In this document: piece after piece, positions 61,357-64,000 of the stretch | Layout: each line of letters begins with the position of its first letter | Numbering within the stretch: the stretch's first letter is position 1 | Source of the DNA: Nymphaea colorata | Taxonomy: Eukaryota | NCBI RefSeq assembly: GCF_008831285.2 | Contig: NC_045138.2 | Coordinates: 18,910,001 to 18,974,000, forward strand | Direction of reading: 5' to 3' | DNA length: 64,000 nt | Notes under the pieces: generated by a model | The model's input: the letters and a program-made list of their open reading frames with translations, nothing else | Database searches by the model: none | What the model was told of the DNA's origin: nothing | Position numbers and translations under genes: made by a program

Positions 61357-64000
61357 TGCATTATGCCACTTTGGATCAGATTTTGCCTCCTCATAAGTTT
61401 TTGATTCGTTTGGGAGTAGGTATTTAGGATATAGGATTTATAGTGAATGGGCAGATTTTCGAATGACAAGTATTGGTCTATGGAATGGTTTTTGTTTGTT
61501 GTAAGATAGGTATAATAATCACTAAATTTTGTTGGTGGTCTGGTAGGACGAGTGGATTGTCTAATGGAATTTTCTGGTTGGTTTGAATTGGGATTTGGTT
61601 CGATGGAAAGAGTGGGAGGATTGAAGCTGGTGTCGGGTTCTTGAGGTGAAAGTGGAGACACATCATTTGAAATGATTTTGTCTACTTCAAAATGGGGTTC
61701 AACCATAGGCAATACGGGCTGCTTGCTAGCACTAGGAGCTTCATAGCTGATTTTCACTATTGGCAATGTGGGCTGCTTGGTCGGATTAGCAACATTCATC
61801 TCCCCCTGTCTTTGATAATCAAAGAAGGATTCCTGTTCAAAAAATTTCACATCACGAGATATAAATAATCTTCTAGTGACTGGATCATAACATTTATATC
61901 TTTTCTTTCTACTGGAATAACCGAGGAAAATACTTTTGACAGCACGTTTTTCAAATTTGTTCCTAAAGTTTTCCTGTCTATGAACATAGCATTTACATCC
62001 AAAAACTTTAAGATGCTTTATAGAAACTTTTCTGTTGAAAAGAAGTTCTATAGGAACTTGATTTTCAATACTGGAACTTGGTGCTCTGTTGATAATATAA
62101 CAGGCCGTAGCAATTGCATCATTCCAAAAACGAAAAGGAACATGCATGTGAGTCATAAGAGATCGAGCAACATTCAGTAATTGTCTATTCTTTCGTTCTG
62201 CCACTCCATTTTGTTGTAGAGTACCTACACAAGAATATTGAGGTTGTATTCCTTCCCCTTTTAAAAAGGTTTCAAGAGCATCATTCACATATTCTCCACC
62301 ATTGTCAGAGCGAAGTTTTTTTATCTTTACTCCATATTGAGTATGTACCATCTTGAAAAATTCTTTGAAAGCACTAAAAACTTCACTCTTATACTTAAGA
62401 AAGAACAACCATGTCATGCGTGTCTTGTCATCAATAAAAGAAACATAATATCTAAATCCAGAATATGACACTTCTGGGGCTGGTCCCCAAACATCGGAAT
62501 GAACTAAATCAAAGATGTCATTTGATTTTTCAGTAGAAGACTGAAAAGGTAATCTTGTGGATTTAGAAAATTCACAAGCATCACATGATTTATTTTCAAC
62601 TGTAAGATTTGGAATAAGACGAGTTAAACTTTGATTAGAGATGTGACCAAGTCTGGCGTGCCAGGTCCAGTAGTGAGAACGTCGATCTTGCTGATCATTC
62701 ACAATGAGGTTGCAACAATTTTCGTCCATCACGTATAGCCCATTCTGCTCATGCCCTCTACCAATCTCCTGGTTCGTCACACAATCCTGAAATATCACAT
62801 CCTTTGAGGAAAAAACAACCAAACAGTTATGAGACTTGGTTAATTTGCTTACCGACATGAGATTAGCTGACAGTTTGAGAATATATAAAACTTGAGATTT
62901 CTGCCCTTTCTTAAAGAATGTAGTTTCACCATATCCTTCAGCAATAATGGGTGATCCATCGGCTGTAAAAACTGATCTTTGTTTTGTTTTGTCAAGATTA
63001 ATAATTTTTCTTAAGTCGCTAGACATATGATCGGTAGCCCCTGTGTCAATAACCCATGCAGAACGATTTAAAGTAGCAGTCAAAGCAAAGTTGTTACCTT
63101 CTGAATTGCTGATAGGCTGAGATGATACTAGATTGGTCTTTGCAAACTTTTGAAAAAATTTCTCAAGGTCGTCCTTGGTGACAAAGTTCGCTAAATCAGA
63201 ATTGGTGGAATACGCCGGTTTTGTGGAGGAGGTAGCTTTGTCTCTTGTTGGTCTTCCGACTAGCTCCCAACATCTTTCACGAGTATGACCAGTCCGCTTG
63301 CAGTGGGTACATCTAAATTTATTTCTCCCTTTCTGATAGCTGAAGTTAGCATTGGAGGGTTTGTTGGCATTCGAAAGTTTTTGATCCCCTTTGACAAAAT
63401 CGGCCTGAGCGACGCATGCCGTTTGTTCACGGCTTTCTTCAGAAATTTCAATTTTGGAATTCATAACTTGCCTTCGTGCAGCCTCCCTTTGTATCATTTG
63501 ACAAACATTGTTGAAGTTGGGCAGCGGAGTGGTATTGAGGATTTGACTCCTAATACCTTCATAATCGGCTCCTAAACCTGCCAAAAATTTGAAGATTTTG
63601 TCTTCCTCAAACCGGGTTTTGTATGTGTCAAGATCAGTCGTAGCAGGCCTATATTGCAGAAGTTCATCAAATCGGCTTTTGAGTTCTCCTATGTAGAGAT
63701 TCAGTGATTTGTCACCCTTCATAAGATTGGCAATCTCGACCTGAATTTGATAGACTCGTGCGAGGTTATTCTGTTTGAAAAAAGTTGTTTTAACTCATCC
63801 CAAATTTCCTTTGCAGTTTCTTGATACATAAATAGATTTGAAATAGAGGGTTCCATGGAGTTAATAAGCCACGACATCACCATATCATTTTCAGATTGCC
63901 AATCATCAAATTTAGGATCTGATCTATTAGGAGGACTGATCTTCCCATTTATGTATCCAACCTTGGATCGACCGCTTAAAAATAGTCGAGCTGCCTTAGC
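61332..64000 (-). CDS. Copia gag-protease-integrase segment; frameshifts near 63778 and 61412
   Basis: Zinc knuckle CTHCKRTGHTRERC, protease WVIDTGATDH, GAG-pre-integrase WHARLGH..CDAC, integrase HSDVWG..SDNGGEY..NGVAERKNR, and VFGC. Confidence 0.92.

Larger units (their letters stand above)
59631..64000 (-). mobile_element. Ty1/copia LTR retrotransposon (Ale-like layout), 5' part beyond the window, defective as assembled
   Basis: Domain order gag-PR-INT-RT-RNaseH, followed by a PPT and a TG..CA LTR. Confidence 0.96.

Overview
This is a 64-kb plant nuclear window (angiosperm; AT-rich intergenic DNA full of MITE debris). The left half is a block of conserved genes: two GPI-anchored lipid-transfer protein (LTPG) genes (-), CDC73/PHP (-), a SKIP30-like F-box/kelch gene (+, with a 1-nt frameshift in a G run) and a domesticated Mutator transposase of the MUSTANG-A type (MUG4-like, -). 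A scrambled repeat region at 8.5-12.2 kb holds what looks like the decayed remains of a small membrane-protein gene. The right half (30.8-59.6 kb) is a tandem array of nine intronless RimJ/RimL-type GNAT acetyltransferases in three sequence subtypes. Six are intact, one has a frameshift in its last codons, one is a pseudogene and one is cut by a Ty1/copia retrotransposon that runs off the end of the window. The best candidate for new biology is GNAT subtype C, in which the conserved E-[IL]-G-Y motif becomes [RL]-L-K-Y-E. From recall, the LTPG-LTPG-CDC73-GNAT neighbourhood also exists in Arabidopsis. All family names were assigned by reading motifs by eye; no searches were run.
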